Under the pieces are notes generated by a model, which was not told the origin of the DNA, did no database searches, and saw only the letters and a list, made by a program, of their open reading frames with translations. Below are positions 32,006-42,039 of a DNA stretch of 64,000 nucleotides, one piece after another; the first letter of the stretch is position 1; each line of letters opens with the position of its first letter. Position numbers and translations under genes: made by a program. The stretch is from Truepera sp. (lineage in GTDB: Bacteria > Deinococcota > Deinococci > Deinococcales > Trueperaceae), in contig CBDCKW010000005.1 in assembly GCA_965218435.1 (NCBI GenBank), positions 1-64,000 of the forward strand, written 5' to 3'.

Positions 32006-32443
32006 ATGAAAACAACGTTCACCACAACCATCAAAGCCTCGGGCAACAACACAGGCATCGAAGTACCGCCTGAAAACATCGCCGAGCTGGGCTCGAGCAA
32101 AAAGCCACCTGTCAAGGTCTATCTTCCCGGTTACAGCTACTCGAGCACGGTGGCGGTCATGGGCGGAAAATACCTGATTGCCTTGAGCAAAACCCACCGC
32201 GAAGCAGCGAAACTTCAAGCAGGGGACGAGGTAGAAGTCACGCTCGAGCTGGACGAAACGCCGCGCACCGTCGAAGTGCCGGGCGATTTGCAAGCGGCGT
32301 TGGAGCACGCGGGCGCAACAGCCTCGTTCGAGGCGTTAGCCTTTTCAAAACGCAAGGCGTTCGTGCAGCAGGTAGGGGACGCCAAGACCGAAGAAACCAG
32401 GGCGCGGCGCATCGCCAAAATCGTCGCGTCGCTTAGCGAATAG
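32006..32443 (+). CDS. DUF1905 + YdeI/OmpD-associated protein
   Basis: TGIEVP, VEVP.DL, AKTEETRARRI. Confidence 0.88.
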   Translation: MKTTFTTTIKASGNNTGIEVPPENIAELGSSKKPPVKVYLPGYSYSSTVAVMGGKYLIALSKTHREAAKLQAGDEVEVTLELDETPRTVEVPGDLQAALEHAGATASFEALAFSKRKAFVQQVGDAKTEETRARRIAKIVASLSE

Positions 32444-32461
32444 CTTAGAAGGGGAGACCTC

Positions 32462-32692
32462 ATGTCGTTTCAATCGTACCTGAACAACATCGAAGCCAAA
32501 ACCGGTAAGAACGCCGAGGACTTTAGAAACCTCGCAGCGGAGAAAGGCTTTACCGAAAGCGGAAACCTCAAAAAAGGCGTCAAGGCGGGGGAGGTCGTGC
32601 AGTGGCTCAAAGACGACTTCGACTTAGGTCACGGTCATGCGATGGCGATTTATGCGCTCCTCAAAGGTGCAAAGCACGAGGGCAGCGCGTAG
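32462..32692 (+). CDS. DUF4287 family protein
   Basis: MSFQSYL.NIE.KTGK, WLK.DF.LGHGHAMA. Confidence 0.88.
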   Translation: MSFQSYLNNIEAKTGKNAEDFRNLAAEKGFTESGNLKKGVKAGEVVQWLKDDFDLGHGHAMAIYALLKGAKHEGSA

Positions 32693-32974
32693 TACCCCTA
32701 ACATCCTCTGGAAAACGCTTTGCATCAGCTTCGTTTGTTGCCCTTGTTTGACTTAGCGACGCAAGGGACGCTGAAAGAGCAATAGCTCGGTACCCCCGTT
32801 TTTGTACGAGAGACGCGCGCCTTTTGCACAACGCTTACGCATTTGGCAGGTCGTACACACTCAAAAAGTTGAGCAGACGCGGCCTCCTTGGGGTATACTA
32901 GCGACGCCACTGGTCAGCACCCGAACAAAGCCAAGCTTTCGCCTTACAGTTAGTTCACGCTGCCCAGGAGGGTT

Positions 32975-33448
32975 ATGCCTACGCCAATCCGTTTTGAAGA
33001 CTTTACCAGTAACCTGTTCACCTTACTTATTGAAACCTTTGAAAGCCCACCTCGACCTTTCAGCGCCTACCTTGACCAAAACACGGGCCTATTTGACACC
33101 CTCAGCCACCTCTCGGCTGAACAGGCGTCGCAGCCAACCACGGAGGGCGGTACCAGCATTGCCGCTCAGGTCAAGCACCTAAAGTACTACATCGAGGTGT
33201 TTGAACAGTTCTTAGATAGCAAGAAGGTCGAGGCGGACTGGCACGCCAGTTGGCAACCTAAAGAAGTGACACCAGAAGCGTGGGAAACGCTGAAACAAGA
33301 CCTCGAGACAACTTATCAAAGGCTAAAACGAAAGCTTGAGAGTATCGAGACCTGGAACGACGACGCGGTGGGTGACAGCATGGCTATCGTCGTCCATACG
33401 GCCTACCACTTAGGCGCGATACGCCAGATTGGGCGCACCGTCATGTAA
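32975..33448 (+). CDS. DinB-like four-helix protein
   Basis: SIAAQV.H, HTAYHLGAIRQ. Confidence 0.8.
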   Translation: MPTPIRFEDFTSNLFTLLIETFESPPRPFSAYLDQNTGLFDTLSHLSAEQASQPTTEGGTSIAAQVKHLKYYIEVFEQFLDSKKVEADWHASWQPKEVTPEAWETLKQDLETTYQRLKRKLESIETWNDDAVGDSMAIVVHTAYHLGAIRQIGRTVM

Positions 33449-33640
33449 CTTGTGCCACGCTTGCGCCGAGCTGTTCGAACGCCTCTACCTCTTTTCGCTT
33501 GAACGCCGCTGTGTAAACGCCACGCACTCTCATGGATGGCCCTTCTATTAGAGAGTTAGCTAAATCTCCATTTTGGCGGTCAATCTCAGCGACTTGTTGC
33601 CCTTGTTTCGGTGCCATTCAAATGAGGAGAAATAAACTTC

Positions 33641-34120
33641 ATGCTCACTCGAGAAGACATCAACGTAGCCCTAGTCAGTCGATTGGTCGCCACGCAGTTT
33701 CCCCAGTGGGCAAACTTGCCTATCAAACTCGTGGAGCCGAGCGGCTGGGACAACCGAACGTTTCACCTCGGCTCCACCATGATGGTTCGGCTACCGAGTG
33801 CCGAGGGCTACGCGCCCCAAGTGGAAAAAGAACATCGCTGGTTGCCCAAACTCGCGCCGCTGTTGCCCCTGCCCATTCCTGTTCCACTGGCGAAAGGGGA
33901 GCCCGAAGACAGTTATCCCTGGCCGTGGTCCGTTTACCCCTGGCTCGAGGGCGAGACGGCAACTCTGGAACGCATCGCCGACTTACCAGAGTTTGCAACG
34001 ACACTCGCCCACTTTCTCACGGCTCTCTAAACCATAGACGCCACAGCTGGACCCCTGTCGGCACCTCACAGTGGTTTTCGTGGTGGACTCTTGAGTACTT
34101 ACGGCGCGGAGACTCGAGCT
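33641..34120 (+). pseudogene. Aminoglycoside phosphotransferase family, N-terminal part (TAA at 34028, then truncated)
   Basis: SGWDNRTF, VRLPS, KEHRWLP, WSVYPWLEGE. Confidence 0.85.
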
Positions 34121-34153
34121 ACGCTTCCTGTTGGGACTCGCTCTTAGTAACAG

Positions 34154-35144
34154 CTAATCTACCATACCCAATCGCGTCACATATTTACCCTCACCGCGAC
34201 CATCAGCGAGCAACTGGTGGACGGTAGCTACACCGGTCAGCGAGCCTATCTCGGTTACGGGAATGTTGAGCTGGCCGGTAGCGATTAGGTCTAGGACGTG
34301 GCGGAGAGCTTCAGCGACACGCTGTGGGGCCGTACGGGTCAGGCTGCTGAGACTAAAACCGCCGACTGCCAAATTACTGCTGATGAGCCGTCCAACGGGT
34401 GGTAGTGAGGCAAGCTGCCCGCCGTTGGCATTGCCGAACAGTACAACGCGGCCACCAGGCGCAGCAACTGCCAAGTCAACGTCGAGCATACTGGTACCTA
34501 ACGGGTCTAAAACGATGTCTACACCGCCGCCAACCACAGCACGTACTTTTTCGGTCAGGTCACTGTCACGAGCGAGTGCGACATCGTAGCCGTTCTTTTT
34601 CGCAGCATAGACTTTCTCGGGGTGGCCGACGGTTCCAATACGCAGCCCCCCACCCAAAATAGGCACCAGTTGAGCTACGGCGCTGCCCACGCCACCGCTA
34701 GCCGAATGTACTAACACGCTTTCGTTGGCACGTAGTCTGGCGACGTCGGTGAGCAGCAGCAAGGCCGTACTCAGCATGACCGGGGCAGCTGCTGCGACCC
34801 GTAATGGTACCCCGTGCGGCACCGGCACGGTCAGTGCTGCTCGGGCGAGTGCAACCTCAGCGAGTCCACCACCCATAGTAAATGCAGCTACCTGCTGGCC
34901 TACAATTAGATCGTTGACACCCATGCCTACCTTACGAACGGTACCAGCAACCTCTAAACCGGGCAGGTAAGGCCACGCGCACATAGCCTGCATCACCCCG
35001 ACGCGCCATCACGTCGATGAAATTGATCCCGGCATAGATGACGTTGATACTCACCTCACCCTCGTTCGGGCAGGGCTCGTCGATCTCCTGCACCACTGTG
35101 AAGTCCGATCCTTGCGACGGTGCGGTCATTACTAAAGCGTACAT
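34154..35144 (-). pseudogene. Zn-binding/quinone oxidoreductase (MDR family), frameshift near 34980
   Basis: YAGINFID / PGLEVAG, HSASGGVG. Confidence 0.85.
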
Positions 35145-35155
35145 AACAGTCCCCT

Positions 35156-35212
35156 TTTCGACATTCGTCGTACGACGAATGTTATATCATAAACATACGA
35201 CGAACGTCGAAG
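35156..35212. promoter_or_regulatory. Operator between divergent oxidoreductase and arsR
   Basis: Perfect 22-bp palindrome ACATTCGTCGTACGACGAATGT (35161-35182), plus TACGACGAACGTCGAA. Confidence 0.7.
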
Positions 35213-35224
35213 GAGATGTACGTG

Positions 35225-35569
35225 ATGCCTAGATCACAACGCCGCTACACGAGCTTGGCTCACCCGAAAGCAACTGATTTCGACCTGTTAGATATCCTGC
35301 ACGCACTCGCCGACCCCACCCGCATGATCATCGTCCAAACCTTACTTTCCGACCCGGAGCGAGCGTGTGGCACCTTTAACGTAGAGGTTGCGCCTTCTAC
35401 GCTCTCTCATCATTTTCGGGTGCTTCGTGAAGCCGGGGTTATTCATCAGCGCGAGGAAGGTAACCGCCGGTGGACGACTCTTCGCCTCGAGGACCTTAAA
35501 ACTCGTTTTCCCGGTCTCCTCGACGCTATTATTGCGGCCTACAACTACCAAACTGAACCGCCTTCATAG
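35225..35569 (+). CDS. ArsR family regulator
   Basis: ALADPTR, STLSHHFRVLREAG, RFPGLL. Confidence 0.92.
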   Translation: MPRSQRRYTSLAHPKATDFDLLDILHALADPTRMIIVQTLLSDPERACGTFNVEVAPSTLSHHFRVLREAGVIHQREEGNRRWTTLRLEDLKTRFPGLLDAIIAAYNYQTEPPS

Positions 35570-35789
35570 TCATCATATCGCCTCAAATTCCATTCTAAAA
35601 GCCGTGTCGCATTACCGCGACTTTATTCTGGTCTTATAACGACGATGTTGTGCGTGAAACCGGCCCAATGCACGCATAAGCAGCTCTGTTTACCCACATC
35701 CTCCATCGTCGTTGCCTTTACCTGGGGTTAAGTTCAACCACTTTAACGTGAACTGCTATCAAATCGGGTACATTAAATCTGTTATTGTG

Positions 35790-35980
35790 CTCTTTCAGGC
35801 GAAAATCGTCGGGCGTTCTATTCGGGCCTTCCGGCGGACAACGCAACGTGGGCGAGGGGACGCGGCTGGGCGTTGTGGAAGGCGCTCATTACCCTCGCCC
35901 AACGTCTCGACACCTATCCTCAAGAAGCTGTCAAGGCCCGGTACGTGATTGATGAAGTGCTGGCTGATCCTATTGCTTGA
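35790..35980 (+). pseudogene. C-terminal end of the APH gene begun at 33641
   Basis: SGENRRAF..DNATWARGRGWALWKALITL..VIDEVLAD. Confidence 0.75.
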
Positions 35981-36049
35981 TAACGCCGAACAGTTCGGAG
36001 AACTTTTCATGATCACGCTTCTTGGAATAGAGCCCATAACCATCAGCAC

Positions 36050-36991
36050 TTACGCCGAAAAGATGCGCATCAGGTGATGGGCCATCGTCTCAGGTGCGGC
36101 ATCACGCAGGTAGTCAGGCCAATAGAGCAAACGTGTACGCCTCTCGGACTCGTTCATCGAAAACTTGATGGCATCCTCATTCACGCTCTCAACGCCCGAT
36201 GCTTCAAGGGCACTGCAATAGGTTGCGATAACGGCGTCTTGAGCAATGTCCGCTCCATTAGCCTCAGCCCGTTGTATTAAAAACGTTAGGTCGCTTGGAC
36301 CATATCCAATTCGCACCTCTTGCCAGTCTGCCCAAAGCAAACGACCCTCCCCATCGCGCAGCAGGTTGTCGAGATGACAATCTCCGTGGCACAAGGTCAT
36401 TGTCGTGTCTGGGCCGTAGTCTGGTTCTGTCCTGACCTCCACTAAAGCCGACTCGATTTCACCCAAGGTCGCGTCGGTCAAGACTTCACGAAGTTGTGGT
36501 TGCTGTGCCAGAGCCTGCCAGGTTTCATAGGCGTGTCGCGCATCCTTGGTAAGGTCTGACGGCTTCGGCTTTTCCAGCCACGATAAGTTATCAAGCTGGT
36601 CGGTGTGGTTCCAGTACACAGCATGAAAACTCGCCAACTCTCTGGCGATTTCGGTGAACTCAGCCCCCTTCAGTTCACTTGCAGGCTTCATAGGCGTATA
36701 TGCTGCGAGCAAAAGCGCACAAGAACCAGATTCTTCTATCAGACTCCCTAAGACGCGCGGGGTGTGGAGCGGTATACGCGCTGCCAACTCGTCGTAAAAG
36801 TAAATCTCACGGCAGCCTCGAGCCCGCACGTAAGCTGCACTGTCGGCAGCAATCACTTTCAACACACACAGCTCAGTGAGTCCGTGAACCCGGTAAGTTG
36901 CTGCCCCGGACACGCCACCACTCAACAACTCCAGGTCAGCAGACAACGCCTCTTCAATTTGCAAACGCCGGGTTTTCTCTCCGGTGTCCAT
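36050..36991 (-). CDS. Phosphotransferase (APH-like) family protein
   Basis: CHGDCHLDN, WADWQ. Confidence 0.85.
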   Translation of the reverse strand: MDTGEKTRRLQIEEALSADLELLSGGVSGAATYRVHGLTELCVLKVIAADSAAYVRARGCREIYFYDELAARIPLHTPRVLGSLIEESGSCALLLAAYTPMKPASELKGAEFTEIARELASFHAVYWNHTDQLDNLSWLEKPKPSDLTKDARHAYETWQALAQQPQLREVLTDATLGEIESALVEVRTEPDYGPDTTMTLCHGDCHLDNLLRDGEGRLLWADWQEVRIGYGPSDLTFLIQRAEANGADIAQDAVIATYCSALEASGVESVNEDAIKFSMNESERRTRLLYWPDYLRDAAPETMAHHLMRIFSA

Positions 36992-37109
36992 GCTTGCGCC
37001 AATTTAGCAAAAGGTATCTTGCCTGTATTGACACAAAAAATATCGCCACAATCTCGCAACCACTCAACACACCACCTTAGCCAAACCTCGCTATTACGGC
37101 AGGCGGCGG

Positions 37110-37394
37110 TTGAATCACATGCCTAAGTTCGTGGCTTCGACGACCCTTCAAGAAACCGAGTGGAAAGCAACCCTAATAGAGAGTGAGGTTGCCGAAGGCG
37201 TCTCTAAGCCAAAAGAATCCCAGAACCTTCTAATCTACGGTAGTGCCAAGCTGGTGCAGTCACTCATGCAGCATGGCCTTATCGACGTGTACCGGCTGAT
37301 GGTGCATACAGTTGTTCTCGGGCAGAGGCTTCGTCTTTTTGTCGAGAAGAGTACAACGACGGGCTTTGCACAGAAAGTCCACAAAGAGTTATAA
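37110..37394 (+). pseudogene. Internal RibD_C/DHFR-like fragment
   Basis: PKFVASTTL, IYGSAKLV..LID.YRL. Confidence 0.7.
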
Positions 37395-37507
37395 ATGAGG
37401 GGTGCGCGCATCATCTCAGCGTGGTCGTACTAGGCTCAACGCTGCCTGGAACATCATCTTTAGACTGCACGTTTTGTAACTGCTACTTAGCCGATGGTTT
37501 ATCCTCT

Positions 37508-38764
37508 TTATGCCGGTAGTTTGACGATAAACCGTGCACCGCCCTCCTCACAGTTGGCAACTGCGACCGTCCCACCATGCAGTTCAACCAACGTCTTGAC
37601 GATGGCCAAACCCAAACCACTACCCCCCGTCAATCGGTTGCGGCTGGCTTCAACGCGGTAAAAGCGGTCGAAGATGTGCGCGAGAGCTTCTTCGGGAATA
37701 CCCGGACCGCTGTCCTCGACCGTCCAGTTGGTGCCTCCACCGTAGGCGTTCATAGTCACGCTTATCCGACCCCTCTTGGGCGTGTGCTGGAGGGCATTAC
37801 TCAGCAGATTATGAAGAACTTGGCGTATACGAACGGCGTCAACGACGCCCCAAATTTCGGTATCGACATGGTTATAAACAATTAAAATCTCGGTGTCTCT
37901 GGCCTCGATCTCTAAACTTTGGAGCACGCTCTGCGTCAGGACGACGAGTTCAGTCGGCTGCCGGTTGAACTTCAAGCGACCTACCTCGGCCAGCGAGAGA
38001 AGGCGCAGATCATCGACCAGCCGGGAGAGAAGGTCAACTTCTTGAACGAGCGACGCGACTTCCTCCTTATCGGGCCGCAAGATACCGTCTTGAAACGCGT
38101 CGAGTTGGGCTTGCAAGATAGAAAGTGGGGTGCGTAACTCGTGCGCGATGTCGGCGATCAGCTGCCGGCGTTCATCCTCGAGCCGCGCCAATGTTTCCGC
38201 CATCGTATTGAAACGCTTGGCTAGCAGGGTAAGTTCATCTTCGGCGCGTTCAGACCGTTTTGGTAAGCGCACCCTGGCACTCAGGTCACCGCGGGTCACA
38301 CGGTCGGCGGCGGCGGCAACTGCGGCTATCGGCCTCGCTACACGCCACGACAGCCACACGGTTAGGGCCGCTACCGGTAGGGCAATCCACAAGACCAGAA
38401 AGAGTGGAGAAAACCAGCTGTTAGGCTGGTGAGCCTCGAGCAAGAGGTTGGTTATGGCGCTCAAATCATCTGGTGCTACACCGTGCCCGAGTCGTTCGGT
38501 GATCCGCGACGCGAGTTGGTCGCGCTGCTGCGCTTCGCTGAGGGTCAGGTCATCGAGGATGGCGCGTGTTTCCCTACCGAACGCCGTATCCGACCTTGCT
38601 AAAGCCCGCTCGTAGTGCTGACGTTGTGCCCTTGGCATCGGCCAGGTCGGGGTCAGCGTTTGAAAGGCAAGCACCAGCAAGCTCTCGAAAACGACGACGA
38701 CCACAACGATAACAAAGCTCAACCGTACGGCTAGACGTTTACTAAACGGCACTTTCGTTGTCAT
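37508..38764 (-). CDS. HAMP sensor histidine kinase (BaeS-like)
   Basis: IAHELRTP, NLLSNA, D.GPGI, GSGLGLAI. Confidence 0.93.
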   Translation of the reverse strand: MTTKVPFSKRLAVRLSFVIVVVVVVFESLLVLAFQTLTPTWPMPRAQRQHYERALARSDTAFGRETRAILDDLTLSEAQQRDQLASRITERLGHGVAPDDLSAITNLLLEAHQPNSWFSPLFLVLWIALPVAALTVWLSWRVARPIAAVAAAADRVTRGDLSARVRLPKRSERAEDELTLLAKRFNTMAETLARLEDERRQLIADIAHELRTPLSILQAQLDAFQDGILRPDKEEVASLVQEVDLLSRLVDDLRLLSLAEVGRLKFNRQPTELVVLTQSVLQSLEIEARDTEILIVYNHVDTEIWGVVDAVRIRQVLHNLLSNALQHTPKRGRISVTMNAYGGGTNWTVEDSGPGIPEEALAHIFDRFYRVEASRNRLTGGSGLGLAIVKTLVELHGGTVAVANCEEGGARFIVKLPA

Positions 38765-39441
38765 GACGGCGCTTTCAGCCGGTAGCCGACACCACGGACA
38801 TTCTGGAGGATACCGGTTAACCCACCCTGCGCGAGTTTGCGCCGCAAATTGGTGATATGCGAGTCCACGGTACGCTCGAGGGCGTCGCTTTCGGGATTGG
38901 CCGCCTCGAGCAGTTCCGCACGGCTATAAATGCGTCCAGGATACTGGGCGAGCTGATAGAGGATGCGAAACTCAACCGGCGTCGGCTCTAGGTCACACCC
39001 CCGTACCGTAGCCGAAAGTTTGAGCGGATCGAGGTACAAGGGGCCGAGCTGCAGCGGGGCGTCGCGGCGGTCGGGTGGCGTGGCGGGGCGGCGGAGTACC
39101 GCCCTGATCCTGGCTAAGACCTCCCTGGGCCGGAACGGTTTAGGGATGTAGTCGTCCGCGCCCAGCTCGAGCCCCAATACCGTATCGATCTCCTCGACGC
39201 GGGCGGTCAGCATGATCACGGGTGTGCTGCCTGCGGCCCGGATGGTTTTAAGCACCTCGAGGCCGTCTAATTCGGGAAGCAGGATATCGAGCAAAACCAA
39301 ATCCGGACGGTACACACGAAATGCCTCCAACGCGCGCATCCCGTTCTCGGCCCGCTCGGTTTGAAAGCCCGCCTCGCGCAGGTACGCCTCGAGGATACGG
39401 GCGAGCTTCCATTCATCTTCAACGATCAAAATACGGACCAC
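38761..39441 (-). CDS. OmpR-family response regulator (BaeR-like)
   Basis: VEDE, LDILLP, GADDY..KPF, VRGVGY. Confidence 0.95.
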   Translation of the reverse strand: MVRILIVEDEWKLARILEAYLREAGFQTERAENGMRALEAFRVYRPDLVLLDILLPELDGLEVLKTIRAAGSTPVIMLTARVEEIDTVLGLELGADDYIPKPFRPREVLARIRAVLRRPATPPDRRDAPLQLGPLYLDPLKLSATVRGCDLEPTPVEFRILYQLAQYPGRIYSRAELLEAANPESDALERTVDSHITNLRRKLAQGGLTGILQNVRGVGYRLKAPS

Positions 39442-39579
39442 GAGTTCTTGCTTGCTCCCTTATCCGCCTATCGTAGCGAAACTTCGTTGAGCTTGCGGCG
39501 AGGTATCTTCACACTCGCTCAACACACGCTTGGAAAATGCTCAACCGTCCTCTGGCACGCTGCAAGGCAAGGAGGACAT

Positions 39580-40230
39580 ATGGCATCTGCAACATCTGTT
39601 ACGCTTCAAACCCACGCGTCGCTAAGCCGCCAGTACGACGACGCTGCCCCAAACTGGCAAACGAAGATTCGGCGGTTACGTTATGACCAAGCCTACAAGG
39701 ACACCCTAGAGCGGGTGAATTACCTGGGTCTCGAACCGGGTACCCATGTTTTAGATGCTGGGATAGGGGGCGGGGCGCTGAGCCTCGCGCTTGTAAGTGG
39801 GCTGGGCACCCTTCACGTGACAGGCGTCGATATCGCGCCGAAGATGCTGGTCGAGGCCAGCCATACCCTAGCGGGTGCGGTCGCAAGCTACGACTCCTAT
39901 TGTGCTGATGTACGCGCACTGCAGCTCCCGGATAGCGTTTTCGACGGGGTCGTCAGCGCGCATCTGCTCGAGCATTTTGCTGATCCAGCGGCTGCTTTGG
40001 GAGAACTCTACCGCGTTTTGCAACCCGGAGCACCACTCTTTGTCATGGTGACCCGGCAGGGACTCGGGGGACTGTGGATCAAGCGCAGATGGCCTATCTA
40101 CCCACTGACGCCACGCACGTTGAGGCAAACTCTTGAGCAAGCAGGCTTTCATAAGATTGAGCAGGTTCCGGTTCAAGGACCCCTCTGGTGCCGCCATTTA
40201 AGTCTGGCATTCCTCGCTTGGAAAGTATGA
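39580..40230 (+). CDS. Class I SAM-dependent methyltransferase
   Basis: GGAGG RBS; VLDAGIGGG, LYRVLQPG. Confidence 0.9.
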   Translation: MASATSVTLQTHASLSRQYDDAAPNWQTKIRRLRYDQAYKDTLERVNYLGLEPGTHVLDAGIGGGALSLALVSGLGTLHVTGVDIAPKMLVEASHTLAGAVASYDSYCADVRALQLPDSVFDGVVSAHLLEHFADPAAALGELYRVLQPGAPLFVMVTRQGLGGLWIKRRWPIYPLTPRTLRQTLEQAGFHKIEQVPVQGPLWCRHLSLAFLAWKV

Positions 40231-40706
40231 AGGTCTCGGTGACGGTCATCTTCTGGCGCTTTCTTGCCTTGACACTGACCGCCTTAACGATGGGACTCAC
40301 CTTTGCCCACGCGCTCGAGGCACTTCCCAAACTGCGCTGGAATGGGGAGCTCTACCTCTCGGTGCAGACCAACCTCTACTACCTTTTCGGCAACGTCGGC
40401 GCAGCAACCGAAGTTGGAGCCATCGTAGCTGCGTTCGTCCTTACGGCTCTTGTTCGGGATCGAGGTAGGGTCTTCGGCTGGACACTAGCAGGTGCGCTTA
40501 TCTTTTTGAGTTCCTTGGTCGTGTGGTTTTTATTCGTTGCCCCCGTCAACGCTCAAACGGGTGCTTGGCAGCAAGCGAGGGCTGTTCCTGCCGACTGGAA
40601 AAACTGGCGTAACCAATGGGAGGTAGCTCAGACGACGTGTTTTGTGCTGCACCTGTTCGGTTTCGGGGCACTGCTGCGTTCGGTTTTACTCGAGACACCC
40701 TCATGA
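40227..40706 (+). CDS. DUF1772/anthrone-oxygenase-like membrane protein
   Basis: AHALE.LPK, PVN, W..WR.QWE. Confidence 0.75.
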   Translation: MKVSVTVIFWRFLALTLTALTMGLTFAHALEALPKLRWNGELYLSVQTNLYYLFGNVGAATEVGAIVAAFVLTALVRDRGRVFGWTLAGALIFLSSLVVWFLFVAPVNAQTGAWQQARAVPADWKNWRNQWEVAQTTCFVLHLFGFGALLRSVLLETPS

Positions 40707-41770
40707 AACGCTTTTGGCAGGTTGTCCTGAGTCTTTTTGCGTTTACAGTCATATCTATCGTCGTGACGAGTTGTGCGCCTGTTTACACCCAGGCTTTTCG
40801 TGATGCCAAGGGCAAGCTTGTCCCGAAGAGTGTAGCGGTGATAGAGCAGATTCGTATTAACGGCGTTAACCAGAGCTTGTGGTTCCGTGGTGTAAATATC
40901 GATAATCTCGCTCTCATCCTGCTGCACGGCGGGCCGGGAACCAGTGAGTCGGCGCTCTTTCGCCACTATAACAGCGAGCTGGAAAAGCACTTCTTGGTGG
41001 TGTACTGGGAACAGCGCGGGGCAGGACGCTCATATCATCCCCCCCCTGCGTCGATGACCGTCCGGCAGTTCGTCGCTGATTTGCACGAGGTCGTCAAGCT
41101 GGTCAAGCGGCGTTTTGGTAAGGATAAAGTTGTGCTGCTCGGGCACTCGTGGGGCACGGTGATCGGCACGCTTTACGCTTCCGAGTATCCGGAAGACGTG
41201 GCTGCATATGTCGGCGTGGGTCAGATTGCCGACGTCGCTGAGGGTGAAAAGTTGTCCTACCGGTTTGCCCTTGATGAGGCTATTCGTAGGCATGACCAGG
41301 CCGCGTTTCGGGAGCTTAGATGGATGGGTCTGCCGCCCCACACCGTCGCTGAGCTGTTAGCGAAGGGCCGCTGGGTCGAGCGGTTCGGCGGCGATTTCCA
41401 CGCCGACATGGATACCTGCAGCCTGATCTGGGCTGCGCTTTCGGCTGATGAAACGAACCTCGCCGACCTGATTAAATTCGGTCAGGGGAACGCGTTTTCG
41501 CTCGAGTATCTGTGGCCTGAGTTCTCTCACGTTGCACTCGACGATCACGTTCTAAATTTTAAGGTGCCGGTGTTTTTCCTCGAGGGACGCCACGACTGGA
41601 ATGTCCCTGCCGTACTCGCCGAGCGGTACTTTCAGAAACTTCACGCACCCTACAAGAAGCTTATCTGGTTTAGCGGGTCGGCGCATAACCCGCCCTTCGA
41701 GGAGCCTGACGTTTTCGATAAAGTTTTGATTCAAGAGATATTACCGGTAGTAATGAGCCAGGTTGAGTAG
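40703..41770 (+). CDS. Alpha/beta hydrolase (proline-iminopeptidase-like), lipoprotein signal
   Basis: LHGGPG, GHSWG, SAH. Confidence 0.88.
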   Translation: MKRFWQVVLSLFAFTVISIVVTSCAPVYTQAFRDAKGKLVPKSVAVIEQIRINGVNQSLWFRGVNIDNLALILLHGGPGTSESALFRHYNSELEKHFLVVYWEQRGAGRSYHPPPASMTVRQFVADLHEVVKLVKRRFGKDKVVLLGHSWGTVIGTLYASEYPEDVAAYVGVGQIADVAEGEKLSYRFALDEAIRRHDQAAFRELRWMGLPPHTVAELLAKGRWVERFGGDFHADMDTCSLIWAALSADETNLADLIKFGQGNAFSLEYLWPEFSHVALDDHVLNFKVPVFFLEGRHDWNVPAVLAERYFQKLHAPYKKLIWFSGSAHNPPFEEPDVFDKVLIQEILPVVMSQVE

Positions 41771-42039
41771 ACGTTCCGCTGGGACAAGAAGTAGTTTGCT
41801 GCCCACCGCCAAGCGTTAGCTCGTCATTTTGAGGAGCGTCGAGCCATGACGGAGAGTGTTACGGGCAAATTTTTACTGCCTAACTCCTTGACGTAAGAAA
41901 TGACGAAATAAGGTTCGTTTAGGCGGTATCTTAGCGCGTTCCAGTTAACCGCCTATGCTGCAAATGGGCTGGAAGCACGCGCAAATACTACGTTGCTTAA
42001 CACTACTTTGAAACGGCAAGGCTCAGGACGTCAGCAACC

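Noticed and set aside
7154..34120. Integron/attC cassette array
   Set aside because: No tyrosine integrase and no recurring RYYYAAC...GTTRRRY sites; only one weak candidate near 22236-22310
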